A stretch of 63,254 bases of DNA, filler included, from Pelomyxa schiedti (GCA_020536535.1; 6 parts of 6 records of this genome joined end to end with filler, not necessarily neighbours in it); one strand, 5' to 3'. Counted from the whole stretch's first letter, positions 1 through 12,460 are shown. Translations and numbers: made by a program. Notes: generated from the sequence alone by a model not told the origin.

Positions 1-163
1 TGTGCGTCCACTGAATACTTGGAATTCATGGGAGACAGGGCTTATAAGCAACACCACTTTCACCACAAACGCCTCAAGATCAATTAAAATAAATAAATAC
101 TTTGTTCCCTCCTTATCTCGCTACGAACGTGTTCGTCACTCCCCGTCAGGGACACCACTCACA
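1..163 (+). repeat. 5' LTR, 3' part
   Basis: Ends TCACA, contains cttataag and aataaataaa, and overlaps the 3' LTR sequence by 16 nt. Confidence 0.75.
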
Positions 164-165
164 TC

Positions 166-176
166 TGGAGGTGCGG
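166..176 (+). promoter_or_regulatory. Putative primer-binding site
   Basis: TGGAGGTGCGG lies 2 nt after the LTR end and resembles the complement of a tRNA-Ala 3' end (inference). Confidence 0.5.
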
Positions 177-3100
177 TTCTGACGGACCTGAATCATGGTC
201 TGGTGACACAGCTGACGAATCTGAGTGAGGAGCACAGTATCATTCAAGCTGTTATCACCCAAACCCTCTTGCTCTGGCAGAGACAAGACCAGTGCAGTGG
301 AGACACTACGGCACTGGACGGAAAAGCTAGGGGGGAACTACCAACGAGTTTTGATTAGCGGCTAGGACTATGAGAACAGAAGCTACCTGTATCGGGACTG
401 GAGAACACTGGAGGTCCGGTGCCCTGCTGAAAGTTGAGGAAGATTTTGGCGGAAAAACTGCGGCTTGGTGCCAGTCATACATTTCAGGGGAGCCGGCAGG
501 GGTCTGCAATGAAATCAGATTTTGGCATCACTGTAAGATTTACATACGTTGAGAGCCAATTCTAGTCAGAGGCTACTTTTCCGGAATCAGCAGAAGCAGG
601 CTCAGAGTTTCAAGTGGCACTTGATGGATCACCATAGTGCGAAGTCGCTCCTTTTTGGGATGAGAGGCAGACAGCCTGGGGGTAGAAGCACTCAGAATAA
701 CCACATCAAGAATTGCCTTCTCTGGGTAATGGAATGAGTGGGTGGAAGAGTGTGGTGATAGAGGAACTGTGCGCCAGTGAGTCAGGGTTGTGAGAGGAAA
801 GCTCCAAGAGAACTGGAGGGAGGAACCCAGTTGAGAGGCTGAGGATTGGTCAGAAGAAGGAGAAGAAATTATGTTTACCTTCATAATTCCGAATGTGAAA
901 CAAATTTGCGGGAGTTCGTGGGATGGCTATTACAGAATAAGATAGCTATAAGAGAGAATAGATCTTCGAGTGTGAGCAATGAAGAAGAACCTTGAAGGAC
1001 TGCCTGATAGTCAAATAATCAGAGCTCTGAATAAATGTGACAGCTGGTAACGCACTGTTGTTGGAGCAACAGCCAGGACAGCTGTTCACAAGAAAGGCAC
1101 TGTTGTTGGGGCAACAGCCAGGAAGACTGGTAACAAAGTCAGTCACCTGGATCACCGCCAACAAAAGATTGGCAGTGGTTTGCAATGCTGGTAACGATGT
1201 GACAGCCAATGACTGGTAACAGGACAGTCAATCAGAGCAGTCCATAATGCAACTGGTAACAGGACAGTTGCAAAATCGAAACTTCATTAGTTCACACAAG
1301 AAAATTTCTCTAACATACCAATAAATTTCCATCCAAGGAAAGTCTGCCTGAAGGAACAGCCGAAACCCAGCAAGGAGTTAATAATTCATACTGTACAAGG
1401 TCATGCCAAAACCGCGGGCATTGCAGCATACACCCAGCAACTGGTGGCATATATCAGGCAAGATGAGGGAATACAGAAGGCTTACCCATGATGAGAGCTG
1501 CCACAAAAGACCAAGCATCTTGCAGGCGCTGGTATTTAAAGAGGTTTGCCAGACAAAAGAAATTGCCCAGAATCCCAGTGATCAAAAAATCGGCCCTACA
1601 ATTGGAAGTAAAAAGCAAGCTCAAGGAGGAGAACATACTCTAGCTGGGAATTTTTGCACTTGTTCCAACTAGGAGGCAAGAGGAAGCATTATCTCCGATC
1701 TCTGTAGAAGTCATCAACCCTGCAATGTGCAAGTGAGATCAATGAATGTTCAGTGCCAATCACACACTGGCAATAGTGTGCAATAGCGCACTCAGTAGTG
1801 ATCACAAAAGGCCGGAAACTGCTCAAATATACCTCTGAGACCTTCGCCATACAGACAAGCAGAGTGCCCACTCCAGCGGGAAGCTAATGCAAGTACCCTT
1901 GTTTCAGGCACAGAAGGCTTCAGGGCAGTTGTTCTCTGTTAATGGACATCAGGTCAACAACAATAGAAATGAGAACACAAACCTGAGTGTCTTAGTTCAG
2001 CACCGATGGTGTGGGTCTAACGTGGCATGGGTGAATTCCAAGGCAGAGGCACATTGGACTCAGGGAGTCCTTGCACATGTTGCAGTTCCTCTGTACACCC
2101 ATGACCGCAGAAAATGGCAAAGTGCTGTAGCTAATTACAACGAGAGGAAATTCATGTGGTGATGGGCTGATTATCTTAGGAGTGATGAGATAATAGTTGA
2201 GGAAGAATTGACATACTTGAGCATGCATTGAGCGCTGGTGGGTTCTCCTGGGGCAAAGGTGTTGCTCAAAGGCTCTAATTCTTGGGAACTGCGGGAAACC
2301 ATGGAGCAATCTTACAGCTGAGTGTCTTCATGCTCAGGTAACAGGATTTGTTGGATGGGAGTTCAGGGGCATAGTAGACTTGTTGGTGACTTAGTGTGAA
2401 GGTGCATGAAGGGCATTCTACCAACGAATTGTACTTCATCTAGAAGTCAGAATCAACAAGAATAAGTGAGCTCCAGGAAGCTCTCCAGGGATGGAAACAG
2501 CTCAGCCACTCAGGCATACTGTGGAATCTCGTTCAGTTGATTGGGGATATTCCTGGCAGTGAAGCAAACATTTTTGGCACCCATACATCTTGAAATGGGA
2601 TTAGTGTGGAAATTAGAAAATCATGCATACATCAGCGTTCATGGCATGAGTGCAACAAAAAGTGAATCGTATTGAGCTCAAATCAAGACGAATTTCAGTG
2701 GAGCACCTAAGAGCCAATCAGTGATTTACCTTTGTTTTCTGGAGTGAAAGAAGGAAACCTGGTTTGGGGAGATCATGCACCCAAACAAATCAGTAAGCAC
2801 TCAGACACAGAGGAGACTGATCCTCAGAAGTATGTACTACCTGACAAGCCTGCGTGGAACACATGGGATCCTCTTGTATGTTGGGGAAAGGAAATAGACA
2901 GCAAAACAAGAGCTGACCCTGAATGCTGGCAAGTCGTCACAAAAATACTTCTGCCACTATCAGCGGACATCCTGCAGTATCATTATTGTGAGAAGGAACA
3001 GTGTCTGCACAACCTGTGTAACTAAGTACAACGAATGTTTGTTGAGGATTTACAAGAGATGTCTCCATCACTATTTGCTGCAACGAATTTTGCCTTGAAC

Positions 3101-3907
3101 AGCATACAGTTAATCTTATTTTTAATTGAGATTCATGTAAAGGCTTGATCCCACACCTGCAAAGTGAAAGACCAACCTCTGAAACGAACCTGACACTACA
3201 GGAGACTGCAGAGTTACCGCATTATCAGCTGCACATGAAGCATAGAATGCAGACATTGTGCTGCCAATAGTAGGATTACATAAGGAGTCTCGTATTGTCA
3301 TCAGAAAGTGATTGCCTGGGGCAGGCAATACAAAGAGGGGGAGGTGCCAGTGCATTTTCAAGTCAAGAGACGCTGAATTACTGTAATTGAAGTGAGCAAG
3401 ATGAATGGTGAACAAAGTCCGCCATTACCATTACAGCTGATGGCGCTGGTGCCCCAGATAACAGGAATAGTCTCTGTGGAGGAAAAGGTCAAAGCAGGAA
3501 GCAAAATGAGTAAAGGAACAAAACCACTTTAGAAACAACTCAAACTAATACACGGAGATCAAGAGTGAGAACCAGCAAAGGAAGGGTATTATTCACAAGA
3601 GCAATGTAAACCAAGATAATGGGACAACAAGGAGACAACATACCGCTAAGTCAGGAGCAGAGTGTGTAACGTTGCGGAACAACGAGATGCGATGGCAACG
3701 ACATAACGCCCGCTTCGCAGAAGACATCAGCGGTGATGACGCGCCGACAATGCGACGAACCCGATCGCCACAAACACGCCGCCAAGACGACGAACCCTAT
3801 CGCCACAAAGAGTTACAAGACCAACATGAGTGTGGCAGCGACATCCTGAAGAAATTGCGGACTCGTCCGCCACGAGGGGTAACGCGTGTGGGGACACACG
3901 CTTGTTC

Positions 3908-3920
3908 GAGGGGGGGATGA
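3908..3920 (+). promoter_or_regulatory. Polypurine tract
   Basis: GAGGGGGGGATGA lies immediately before the TGTGA LTR start. Confidence 0.75.
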
Positions 3921-4040
3921 TGTGAAAGTGATGACTTCCCGAAAAAGGGAATCACAGAGTCAGCCCTGAGCAACCCTCAGAAGTCGGACAACTTCTGGGA
4001 ATTCAATGGCACATGACGCTGTGCTGTGCGTCCACTGAAT
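3921..4040 (+). repeat. 3' LTR, 5' part (truncated by contig end)
   Basis: Starts TGTGA after the PPT; the last 16 nt match the window start. Confidence 0.75.
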
Positions 4041-4140
4041 NNNNNNNNNNNNNNNNNNNNNNNNNNNNNNNNNNNNNNNNNNNNTTAATTAATTAANNNN
4101 NNNNNNNNNNNNNNNNNNNNNNNNNNNNNNNNNNNNNNNN
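4041..4140. other. Artificial scaffold spacer (also 10723-10822, 14443-14542, 22715-22814, 36928-37027)
   Basis: N-run flanking TTAATTAATTAA, a multi-frame stop linker. Confidence 0.98.
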
Positions 4141-4370
4141 GCGCCGGCCGCCGCCGCCAACCGCAGCCTCGTGCGGTGCACGGACCAGGCAATCGGCTGG
4201 GCGGCGACGGCGCGGCATGCGAGGGGCACGAGGGGCCACAGGGCCTCCCCCACAACCAGCAGCCACGACGCGGACTCCTCGTCGTTCTTGGAGTGCCTCA
4301 TCCACACGGGCACCACGTGTGCCCACACAACGTGCGAAACGAACACTGCGTGGTCCGTCGCCTTTGTTTC
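4141..4370 (-). CDS. N-terminal fragment of a lineage-specific family protein (VSHVVWAHVVPVWM...ALWPLVPLACRAV), copy 1
   Basis: GC-rich open frame running into the contig edge; near-identical to 5814-6046. The start codon is uncertain. Confidence 0.45.
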
Positions 4371-5024
4371 AGACGGTGTTGTGAGGCGCTAAACAAAGAG
4401 GGAAATGGCGGAATAAAATAATCAACAGACCGGAACGCTGTCATTTTCGTTATCGTAGCTCAGGATCGCGGTCTGGTGTTTTTTTTATTCAGCCAAATGA
4501 AAAATCGCGATCTGCCATTCCGGGACGCGGATCAGAGCTAATAAATGAACAAAGTTCGATTTGTGGGGACGGTTTAACCATTGTGGTTGCTGAGCGAAAG
4601 AAAGTCTCTAAACTGATTTACTTTGTGTGGGCGCACCCACTATGACTAGACTCTAGACTGAGGACCCAACCTGGCTCAAGATATCTAACATCTGGAATAG
4701 CACGATCGCGGACAATAACCAGAGTAAATGAAGAAAAATAGATACCCAAAGTTATCCCTCTTTATTGCTTAGAAGGCCCTGGAGCACTACACACGTATTG
4801 AAAGATATGTTGAACCCTGATCTGTCAGATGAACTGCTTTTTTGTGGAGCTGTTGATGGGGTGGGGGCCAGTTAACACTGAGGCAGTGGCCGTGCTGCTG
4901 CTGGGGACCATGGGTGGTGGGTGTGTGGGGAGCCTGATGAGAATTGGGCAGCTGCAGCATGTGAGATCTGCCTTGGTCAACAGATACAGGCTGAGTGGTG
5001 TATGAAACTTCCCCCACCCCCAAC

Positions 5025-5713
5025 AATGAACCACTTAACAACTTTGCTGGAAAGACCTACCACCCACATCTGCTTAGCAGTCACTGTATGACTTGAACAA
5101 TGCCTCTGTTTTGGTTGGTGAGAATGTAGAAACGCTGTTGGCAAAAAACCTTGGCTAGATCAGGAGTCCAGCAATCTGAGAGGAGGGCTTTCTGAGAATC
5201 ACGTTTGAGTAAAGAGTGTTCGTAGCTGTGAAAGAAGGATGAGGGTTTACCAATTCCGGCGGTGTCTCTTGGTCTGCATGAGTTGGATCCCTCTTGTGTG
5301 GAACAATGTCTGGAATCTCCGGTCTGTGGTCTTCACATGTAATCTTGAGAATCAGTTCCTCTTGAGACAGCATCCCTTGTGCTTTGTTGGATCTTTGGGC
5401 TTAGGTGGGTACCACAGCCATTCTTCCGTGAATAGTTCCCAGAGAATAAGCGCAAACGAGTAGCTTGTGAGTAATGATTAGAAGTGACGAAATAACAAAA
5501 TGAGGGTTCCATACATGTCGTACGCCTTTGAAACAGGTGCGGTTCCACCAAGTTTTCCGGCAGTATGTATTGCCCTAGAGATGTTTTGTTCGCCATCGTT
5601 TTTTGTTTAAAGAGGGGGAGTAACATGTGCTGATGTTCGGGTTGGGGTCTGGCGCCACTGCAGTAGAGGCCACGCTACAGGAGCAACCGAAGTCGGTAAG
5701 GTGTTCCCAACGG
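5025..5713 (-). pseudogene. TKL protein kinase C-lobe, duplicate or alternative haplotype of 7510-8198
   Basis: Exons encode LTDFGCS, YILPE, SKAYDI-YSFALILWELFT and RPEIPD, with a frameshift after PE and a stop at the C-W position. Confidence 0.75.
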
Positions 5714-5813
5714 NNNNNNNNNNNNNNNNNNNNNNNNNNNNNNNNNNNNNNNNNNNNNNNNNNNNNNNNNNNNNNNNNNNNNNNNNNNNNNNNNNNNNNN
5801 NNNNNNNNNNNNN

Positions 5814-6046
5814 GCGCCGGCCGCCGCCGCCAACCGCAGCCTCGTGCGGTGCACGGACCAGGCAATCGGCTGGGCGGCGACGGCGCGGCATGCGAGGGGC
5901 ACGAGGGGCCACAGGGCCTCCCCCACAACCAGCAACCACGACGCGGACTCCTCGTCGTTCTTGGAGTGCCTCATCCACACGGGCACCACGTGTGCCCACA
6001 CAACGTGCGAAACGAACACCGCGTGGTCCGTCGCCTTTGTTTCCAC
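5814..6046 (-). CDS. N-terminal fragment of a lineage-specific family protein, copy 2
   Basis: Same frame as 4141-4370; truncated by a gap. Confidence 0.45.
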
Positions 6047-7509
6047 TTTGGGGAGATCCAGACTGTGTTGTGAGGTTGTTGCCTGCCAAACAAAGAGGGA
6101 AATGGGCGCGGATCAGAGGAAACAAATGAACAAAGTTCGATTTGTGGGGACGGTTTAACCATTGTGGTTGCTGAGCGAAAGAAAGTCTCTAAACTGATTT
6201 ACCATGTGTGGGCGCACCCACTATGACTAGACTCTAGACTGACCAACCTGGCTCAAGAGATCTAACTTCTGGATTAGCTGTGACGTCAGTTAGCACCTGC
6301 ACACGGACAATAACCAGAGTAAATGAAGAAAAATAGATACCGAAAGTTATCCCTCTTTATTGCTTAGAAGGCCCTGGAGCACTACACACATATTGAAAGA
6401 TATGTTGAACCCTGATCTGTGAGATGAACTGCCTTTTTGTGGAGCTGTTGATGGGGTGGGGGCCAGTTAACACTGAGGCAGTGGCTGTGCTGCTGCTGGG
6501 GACCATGGGTGGTGGTTGTGTGGGGAGCCTGATGAGAATTGGGCAGCTGCAGCATGTGAGATCTGCCTTGGTCAACAGATACAGGCTGAGTGGTGTATGA
6601 AACTTCCCCCAGGGATCTGGTATCATAGGCAGTGCCAAAGGGTGTCCAGTGTCCAGAATCTCCAGTGGATCATAAAGAACTTTTGACTTTTGTGTAACTT
6701 TCCCTGAGGTATTCACAGCCACTTCATAAAAAAAAAAATCCAACACAAACAACACCAAAAAGGTTACCAAGGTGATGAACTATCCATTTCAGAGTGGACC
6801 TGAGAAGGTGGCAGCTTCTGCACAGGAACTTCCCAAGCCTGACACCTGATGTTGTCAGGGATCACTTGATTCAACTGGCACTGAGCTGGCCAGTAATGGC
6901 CAAGTTTGTTCTGCTAACCTTCTCCCCCATCACAAGGCTGATATCCATTCCCCACTTTACACCAAATTGGGCTATGGACTCAACAGTGGATGCTGGGGGC
7001 AAACATTTTTTGGCAGTTGTCCTCCAAGGACTTCCCAGAAAAACTTACAAAACAGGAAGGTTGGTGTGTGTTCTGGCACCTGGACCAGATTGTAGCATTC
7101 TCCTCAATTGAGGACAAAAAACCTGTTTGATTGTGGGCAAACTGTTGTATGTGGTAGTGCATAAGAAGTTCTGGCATTATAGTTTTGAGGTCTAACACAC
7201 ATCCACAGTCACCATTGTCCACATTTCAACACCTTTGACCAAAGTTCCTGTAGTTGTTTTAACACTTGGGAGCTTGTGCTTGCTTTTCTTTGATAGAAGC
7301 CACCACTGTTTTTGTTGTTTCCATGTTTCCAGTTTTTGCAGCCCAGTCAGAGGTCACAAGTGGCACCCATTCCCAAGGAGACTGCCACAGCACCTCAGCC
7401 AAAACGATCCCGAAAGTGTTAAAACCTTTGCTAGAAGGTACAGTGTTGTGTCAAAAAATCGAAATTGTCACTTCGTTGTGTCAAAAACCAAGAAATTGGA
7501 GTTATTTGA

Positions 7510-9830
7510 CCCCCAACAATGAACCACGTAACAACTTTGCTGGAAAGACCTACCACCCACATCTGCTTAGCAGTCATATGACTTGAACAATGCCTCTGTT
7601 TTGGTTGGTGAGAATGTAGAAACGCTGTTGGCAAAAAACCTTGGCTAGATCAGGAGTCCAGCAATCTGAGAGGAGTTCTGAGAATCATGTTTGAGTAAAG
7701 AGTGTTTGTAGCTGTGAAAGAAGGATGAGGGTTTACCAATTCCGGCGGTGTCTCTGGTCTGCATGAGTTGGATCCCTCTTGTGTGGAACAATGTCTGGAA
7801 TCTCCGGTCTGTGGTCTTCACATGTAATCTTGAGAATCAGTTCCTCTTGAGACAGCATCCCTCTGTGCTTTGTTGGATCTTTGGGCTTAGGTGGGTACCA
7901 CAGCCATTCTTCCGTGAATAGTTCCCAGAGAATAAGCGCAAATGAGTAGCTTGTGAGTAATGATTAGAAGTGACGAAATAACAAAATGAGGGTTCCATAC
8001 ATGTTGTACGCCTTTGAAACAGGTGTGGTTCCACCAAGTTTTCCGGCAGTATGTATTGCCCTAGAGATGTTTTGTTCACCATCGTTTTTTGTTTAAAGAG
8101 GGGGAGTAACATGTGCTGATGTTCGGGTTGGGGTCTGGCGCCACTGCAGTAGAGGCCACGCTACAGGAGCAACCGAAGTCGGTAAGGTGTTCCCAACGGT
8201 TTTTTTGGATTGTTCAGTTGTTTTGTCTGCAACAGTAATACAATAATAACCTTAATCTTCCAGGTGCGGTCAACCAGAACATTTCCGGGCTTCAAATCTC
8301 TGAGTGAGGTCAAACTGAAGGAAATAGCTGTAATTGGGGGCTGTACTGGTGTACTATATCCTTCTCATGCATGTGATCGATGGCGCACGCCTGTGTAAAA
8401 TGGGAGGAAAGGATGGAAATTTACACCATACCACTTGAAGAGCAATACTGAGTTTCATGGGGAAAGTTATGTTCCCTCGAAGTTCCTCAGGGAGGTCATT
8501 AGTGGGGTGAATCAAAAGCTCCAGATCCACGTCCATGTGCTCCATAACAAGGACTGCACGCCCTTTTTCATCAACAGAGCAGCCTATCTGGATTAACTTC
8601 GTATGATAAAAGTGGCTTGTTACCCATTAGGAGGACAATATTGGGGTGGTGCAACAATCTGGAATTCAGTAAAAGATAAGGATGAACAGTCAAGGAGTAG
8701 AATTAGACGGCCAGGAAACACCTGAAAATTTCCAACTCCCATAGTAAAGCCTTCTCAGATATGGTGTCCAGACCCTTGCCGATTTTAACGGCAACCACTG
8801 TGACACCAAGTGATTCTAAAAAAGAAAAGAATTAGGAGGGAACCCATCTGCATTTTTTTGTGTTGGTACCTCTAAAAACACGAGCATATGTACCCTGACC
8901 CAAGAATCTCTCTCATGCAACACAAGCTTCTCTAGTTCAATCCACAAGTCGGGGTATGTACTTTGCAAAAGTTCAGAGATGCTCTGTGGTTGTTGTATTT
9001 GGCGTTGCTCTTGCTGTTGTTGCAGTTGCATCTGTTGTTGTTGCAGTCGCAGTTCCAGTGCTGTTGCTGTTGCTCTTGTGCTTCCTTTTCCAGTTCCAGT
9101 TTCAGTTCGAGTTGCTTGTGCCGCTGCTGTTGCAGCTGCTGTTGCTGTTGCTCTTGTTGCTGCTGTTGCTGTTGCTCTTGTTGCTGCTTTTGAAGTTGTA
9201 GTTCCTATTTCTGTCGTCGGTGGTCTTGTTGCTGTGTTAACTGTAGTGTCAATCTGGGCACCTTTGGTGGTGGGGGAGAAATTGGTGTATCTTGAACTTT
9301 CAGTGAGGGCTGCTTATTTTTGGGGCAGAGTGACATTTGGCAGGTTTCGTTATTCCATGTGATGCTGAAGAAATTGCCAACAACACGTGCAGCATCTCTT
9401 GGTGCTAACTGAATGCATCGCTGGTGATGTGACCTTTATATTTGCTGACAGGCTTTTTTTTGTTATGTTTTGTGTTTTTGAGTGAAATAAAGGGAGAAGT
9501 CTTCACATTCAATCACGGCAGACAAATGTACGTGATTGTCACATACTCTCTGCGCATATTCCGGCCCAGCTTCTGGCTCAGTGCCTGGTAAATTACCTTG
9601 TAAGGGACGGCCGGAGGGATGCCCTTGACTGTGAAGTATGTTGGTACCGAGGCATATGGGTGCTCTGGCCCCAACGACGACGGCGGCGGCGGCGGCAACG
9701 GAGGCGGAGGCGGAGGAGTAGGCGGCGGCGCAGACGATGCTGCTGTCGGCGCTGCGGCCGAGGGGTGGGTCGTGGCCTGTGGCGGAGAACGCTCCTGTGT
9801 GGCATGCGGCCACGCCTCTGCTTGCTACGG
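7510..9830 (-). pseudogene. TKL-group protein kinase pseudogene with Pro-rich and poly-Gln N-terminal region
   Basis: Spliced motifs: LGQGTYARVFRG (out of frame by a GA slip at ~8910), VAVK..WELEIF, HHPNIVLLMG, LVMEHM..KLSIALQ, HQDLKPGNVLV, LTDFG, YSFALILWELFT. It has two frameshifts, a damaged acceptor before LTDFG and an in-frame stop. The 5' limit is approximate. Confidence 0.8.
8985..9190 (-). repeat. CAG/CAA trinucleotide-rich repeat (poly-Gln/Glu)
   Basis: (ctg/ttg)n runs on the + strand. Confidence 0.85.
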
Positions 9831-10037
9831 CTATGACGGCCCCTTGCGTCCCCCGCCGCAATACGAGAAAGAGGTCGTACTACACACTTACGTGTTGCAG
9901 GGGGCAATGGATGCTACCCGCGCTACCGCTGGCACCGGTACAACATTTCCCCAATCCCCAAACAACACTTCTATCCCAACAATTTAAGTCCCCGCAAAAA
10001 ACCGCCGCAGCACTAAAAAAAAGCTGTCTTGATTTAC

Positions 10038-10491
10038 GCATCAATCCACTCCACTTCAAAGAAGGAGGTTGACAGGTTATCCTCGATATCTATGGAGAAG
10101 GAAAAAACTCACAGCATCATGTCACCCCAAAGGGCAGCTGACGCCAAAACGTCCCAACTCCAGTTGATCCTAACCCTGTGCCAAGTTAATTTAATTGTAT
10201 AGAGGATAACTTGTGGCAAACCTCTCGCAAGTCAGGATCGAAGCCAAAAACGCCGTTGATATCTTGGTATCTTGTAGTAGTCCATATCTCGCTGTGAGAA
10301 CACTGTGAGGCTGTGAGGTTTGGAAACTGAGGGAAAAGCAGCCTTTGTATTTCTCATGTGACTTCTCCTTCTCTCCGATTTCTCTGTGTGCAAGTAAGTT
10401 AAGTTAAATTTAATTTATACAGTAAAAACGCCAGGTAACTGCAGCATGCATCAATCCACTCCACTTCAAAGAAGGAGGTTGACAGGTTATC
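10038..10491. repeat. 44-bp perfect direct repeat (10038-10081 and 10448-10491)
   Basis: gcatcaatccactccacttcaaagaaggaggttgacaggttatc occurs twice, 410 bp apart. Confidence 0.9.
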
Positions 10492-10822
10492 TCATGTGAC
10501 TTCTTCTCTGATATCCAGCAGCTCTCTTTTGTCGGAAAGTTGATATTAGAATACCAGATAGAAAACTTTCAGATATAAAACCTGGGTCACAGCTATTCAG
10601 GGAGCTTGCTTTGCTTGAGGTGCGGCTCTGTGCACGAGCCGCGCCTCGCCATCTCGTCAGGTTGTTGTGTGCGCCAACAACCGTGACACAGTTTGCGCAT
10701 TGGAGATTCTCCCCACAGAAAANNNNNNNNNNNNNNNNNNNNNNNNNNNNNNNNNNNNNNNNNNNNTTAATTAATTAANNNNNNNNNNNNNNNNNNNNNN
10801 NNNNNNNNNNNNNNNNNNNNNN

Positions 10823-11030
10823 AGTAGGTGGACGGGAGGGAGAGCGTGGCGCCGACTTGCCTCGCGGCGGAGGCGACCCACCGGCGGCCGAATCCGGCCA
10901 GAAGAGCGGGGCTGCCGGTCGCGAAGGAGCGGGCGGGGCTGAGTTGCCCGCACCTGTCGATCGACGCGCATGCGAACGCAACCAACTGCGATCGGGCCTC
11001 AACAACGGCATCCAAAACCGAGGTTTCCAT
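10823..11030 (-). CDS. Lineage-specific family protein, N-terminus (ARSQ.VA.ACA...RCG..SPAR...FGRRWV), truncated
   Basis: ATG at 11030; clear paralog of the N-terminus of 11121-12233. Confidence 0.7.
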
Positions 11031-11120
11031 GTTTGTGTTCAGGGAAGTGATTGTTGCAATACTAAATAATTAGTTTAATAAATAAACTAAGTAAAAGCAA
11101 ACACAAGAGTTTATTGTTTA

Positions 11121-12233
11121 TTACTTTGCCGTTGGGGTATTTCTTGGGGTTCCTGTGATGGAATCGTGGATGACCACTGTTCTGGGGTTTTCCCTTTTCG
11201 CAACATAGATTCCTTCCTCAGTGGAATGAATGTGAAAGGATGAATTCTGGCGTTCGTATTGGTGTGATGGATGGCTCAGGTCTCTGGCACTGTATACAAC
11301 TCTCACAGTGGTTTCACTTTCGTTTGTTTCCGTGCTTCCTACTGAGACAGCGATGTGCTCTGGGGAAATGGCTTCCATTTGCCGATACTGTGAAACAGGG
11401 AACACCTTCAATTCACCAGTCTTTGTGTTGTAAACAATGTTGTCAGTATATCTGTGCATTGTGAGGATCGTGTCTGGATCTGCCCAGACAAAGTCAATCA
11501 CGTGATTCAGTGGCAGTTGGAATTCCTTGGTCACCACTGTCACACCAGATTCAAGGCTGTTCCTGATGTCCACGAAAGAAAGCCTGTCCCTCCCACCACC
11601 CAGAAAAGCACAGGAAGTGTTCTCCTCGGAACTCACAATCACCAGCTCATCACCACATGGACTAAACGGTGAGAACCTGGCAAAGATAATTCTCCTTTCA
11701 GACCACTCCACGTGTACGCGAGGCCCCACTGGTACTCCCCCACTCATCCTCCACACAGTGAGCTGAGAACTGATGCCCCAAACCAGCCACTTCTCATTGT
11801 TCACCCAGAAGCTAAGTGTCCAAGCCTTGGTGAGCGGCGCAATGGCACAACCACTGCTGTCAATCACCCAGCCCTCCCTGACGTCGTCAGTAGCCACGAA
11901 CCTGCCATCGCCAACAGACCCATGGACCATCCAGTCCCCATCGATGCTGCCCCTGCACCACACAACTCCCACAGTAGCACTCAGGCCAAAGAACACGTGG
12001 AGCTTCGGTGCGGCACTCATCCGCTCGCTCAGTGGGAACAACACCGTGGCGCCGACTTGCCTCGCGCAGCGGGTCACCCACCGGCGGCCGAATTCCGCGA
12101 AAACCACCTGGTTCCCGCCCGCGAAAACACGAGCGGGGCTGCTGTGTCCACATCTGCCAATCGACGCACACGCTAACGCAACGATCTGCGAGCGTGCGTC
12201 AACAACCACCTCCAAAGGCACCATGCTCCGCAT
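11121..12233 (-). CDS. Lineage-specific hypothetical protein, 370 aa, intronless; helical N-motif plus beta-rich C-region
   Basis: Long ORF with two paralogs in the same scaffold. Confidence 0.8.
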   Translation of the reverse strand: MRSMVPLEVVVDARSQIVALACASIGRCGHSSPARVFAGGNQVVFAEFGRRWVTRCARQVGATVLFPLSERMSAAPKLHVFFGLSATVGVVWCRGSIDGDWMVHGSVGDGRFVATDDVREGWVIDSSGCAIAPLTKAWTLSFWVNNEKWLVWGISSQLTVWRMSGGVPVGPRVHVEWSERRIIFARFSPFSPCGDELVIVSSEENTSCAFLGGGRDRLSFVDIRNSLESGVTVVTKEFQLPLNHVIDFVWADPDTILTMHRYTDNIVYNTKTGELKVFPVSQYRQMEAISPEHIAVSVGSTETNESETTVRVVYSARDLSHPSHQYERQNSSFHIHSTEEGIYVAKRENPRTVVIHDSITGTPRNTPTAK

Positions 12234-12460
12234 TGCAATGTCAATTTTCAGGGAAGGCTGAATTGGTGATTAAACGAGCACTGGACGTAGGTGTTTTCAA
12301 GGTGAGTTCCTTCAATGAGTCTAGTGATAGTGTGCCATTCAATGATACATGAGTCAAAAAAGGACACCCAGTTCATCACCGACAACTTTTCTGAGGAAAA
12401 CAGTGAGAAAAAGTTGGTTGGGATCACGAACGACGCTTGAACCAACAACACAAAAAAAAG

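Larger units (their letters stand above)
1..4040 (+). mobile_element. Degenerate Ty3/gypsy-like LTR retrotransposon, probably non-autonomous
   Basis: 1-16 is identical to 4025-4040. The joined LTR (3921-4040 + 1-163, ~267 bp) has TGTGA...TCACA termini and contains TATAA and AATAAA. A TGG-starting PBS follows 163 and a purine tract precedes 3921. Integrase-like remnants (SGHPA; QRMFVEDLQ..SLFAATNFALNS) lie at ~2960-3105. There is no long ORF. Confidence 0.8.

Noticed and set aside
4085-4096. Recurrent TTAATTAATTAA palindrome
   Set aside because: It is an artificial linker between scaffolds, so genes on either side are not neighbours.
8186-8250. Possible non-canonical GT-AC intron before the DFG exon
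   Set aside because: It lies in a gene with several other disabling lesions, so a mutated acceptor is the simpler explanation.
8956-9362. Cys-rich, Leu-rich and Val/Ala-rich ORFs on the + strand (also ~60300-61300)
   Set aside because: They are antisense shadows of CAG/CAA poly-Gln tracts.
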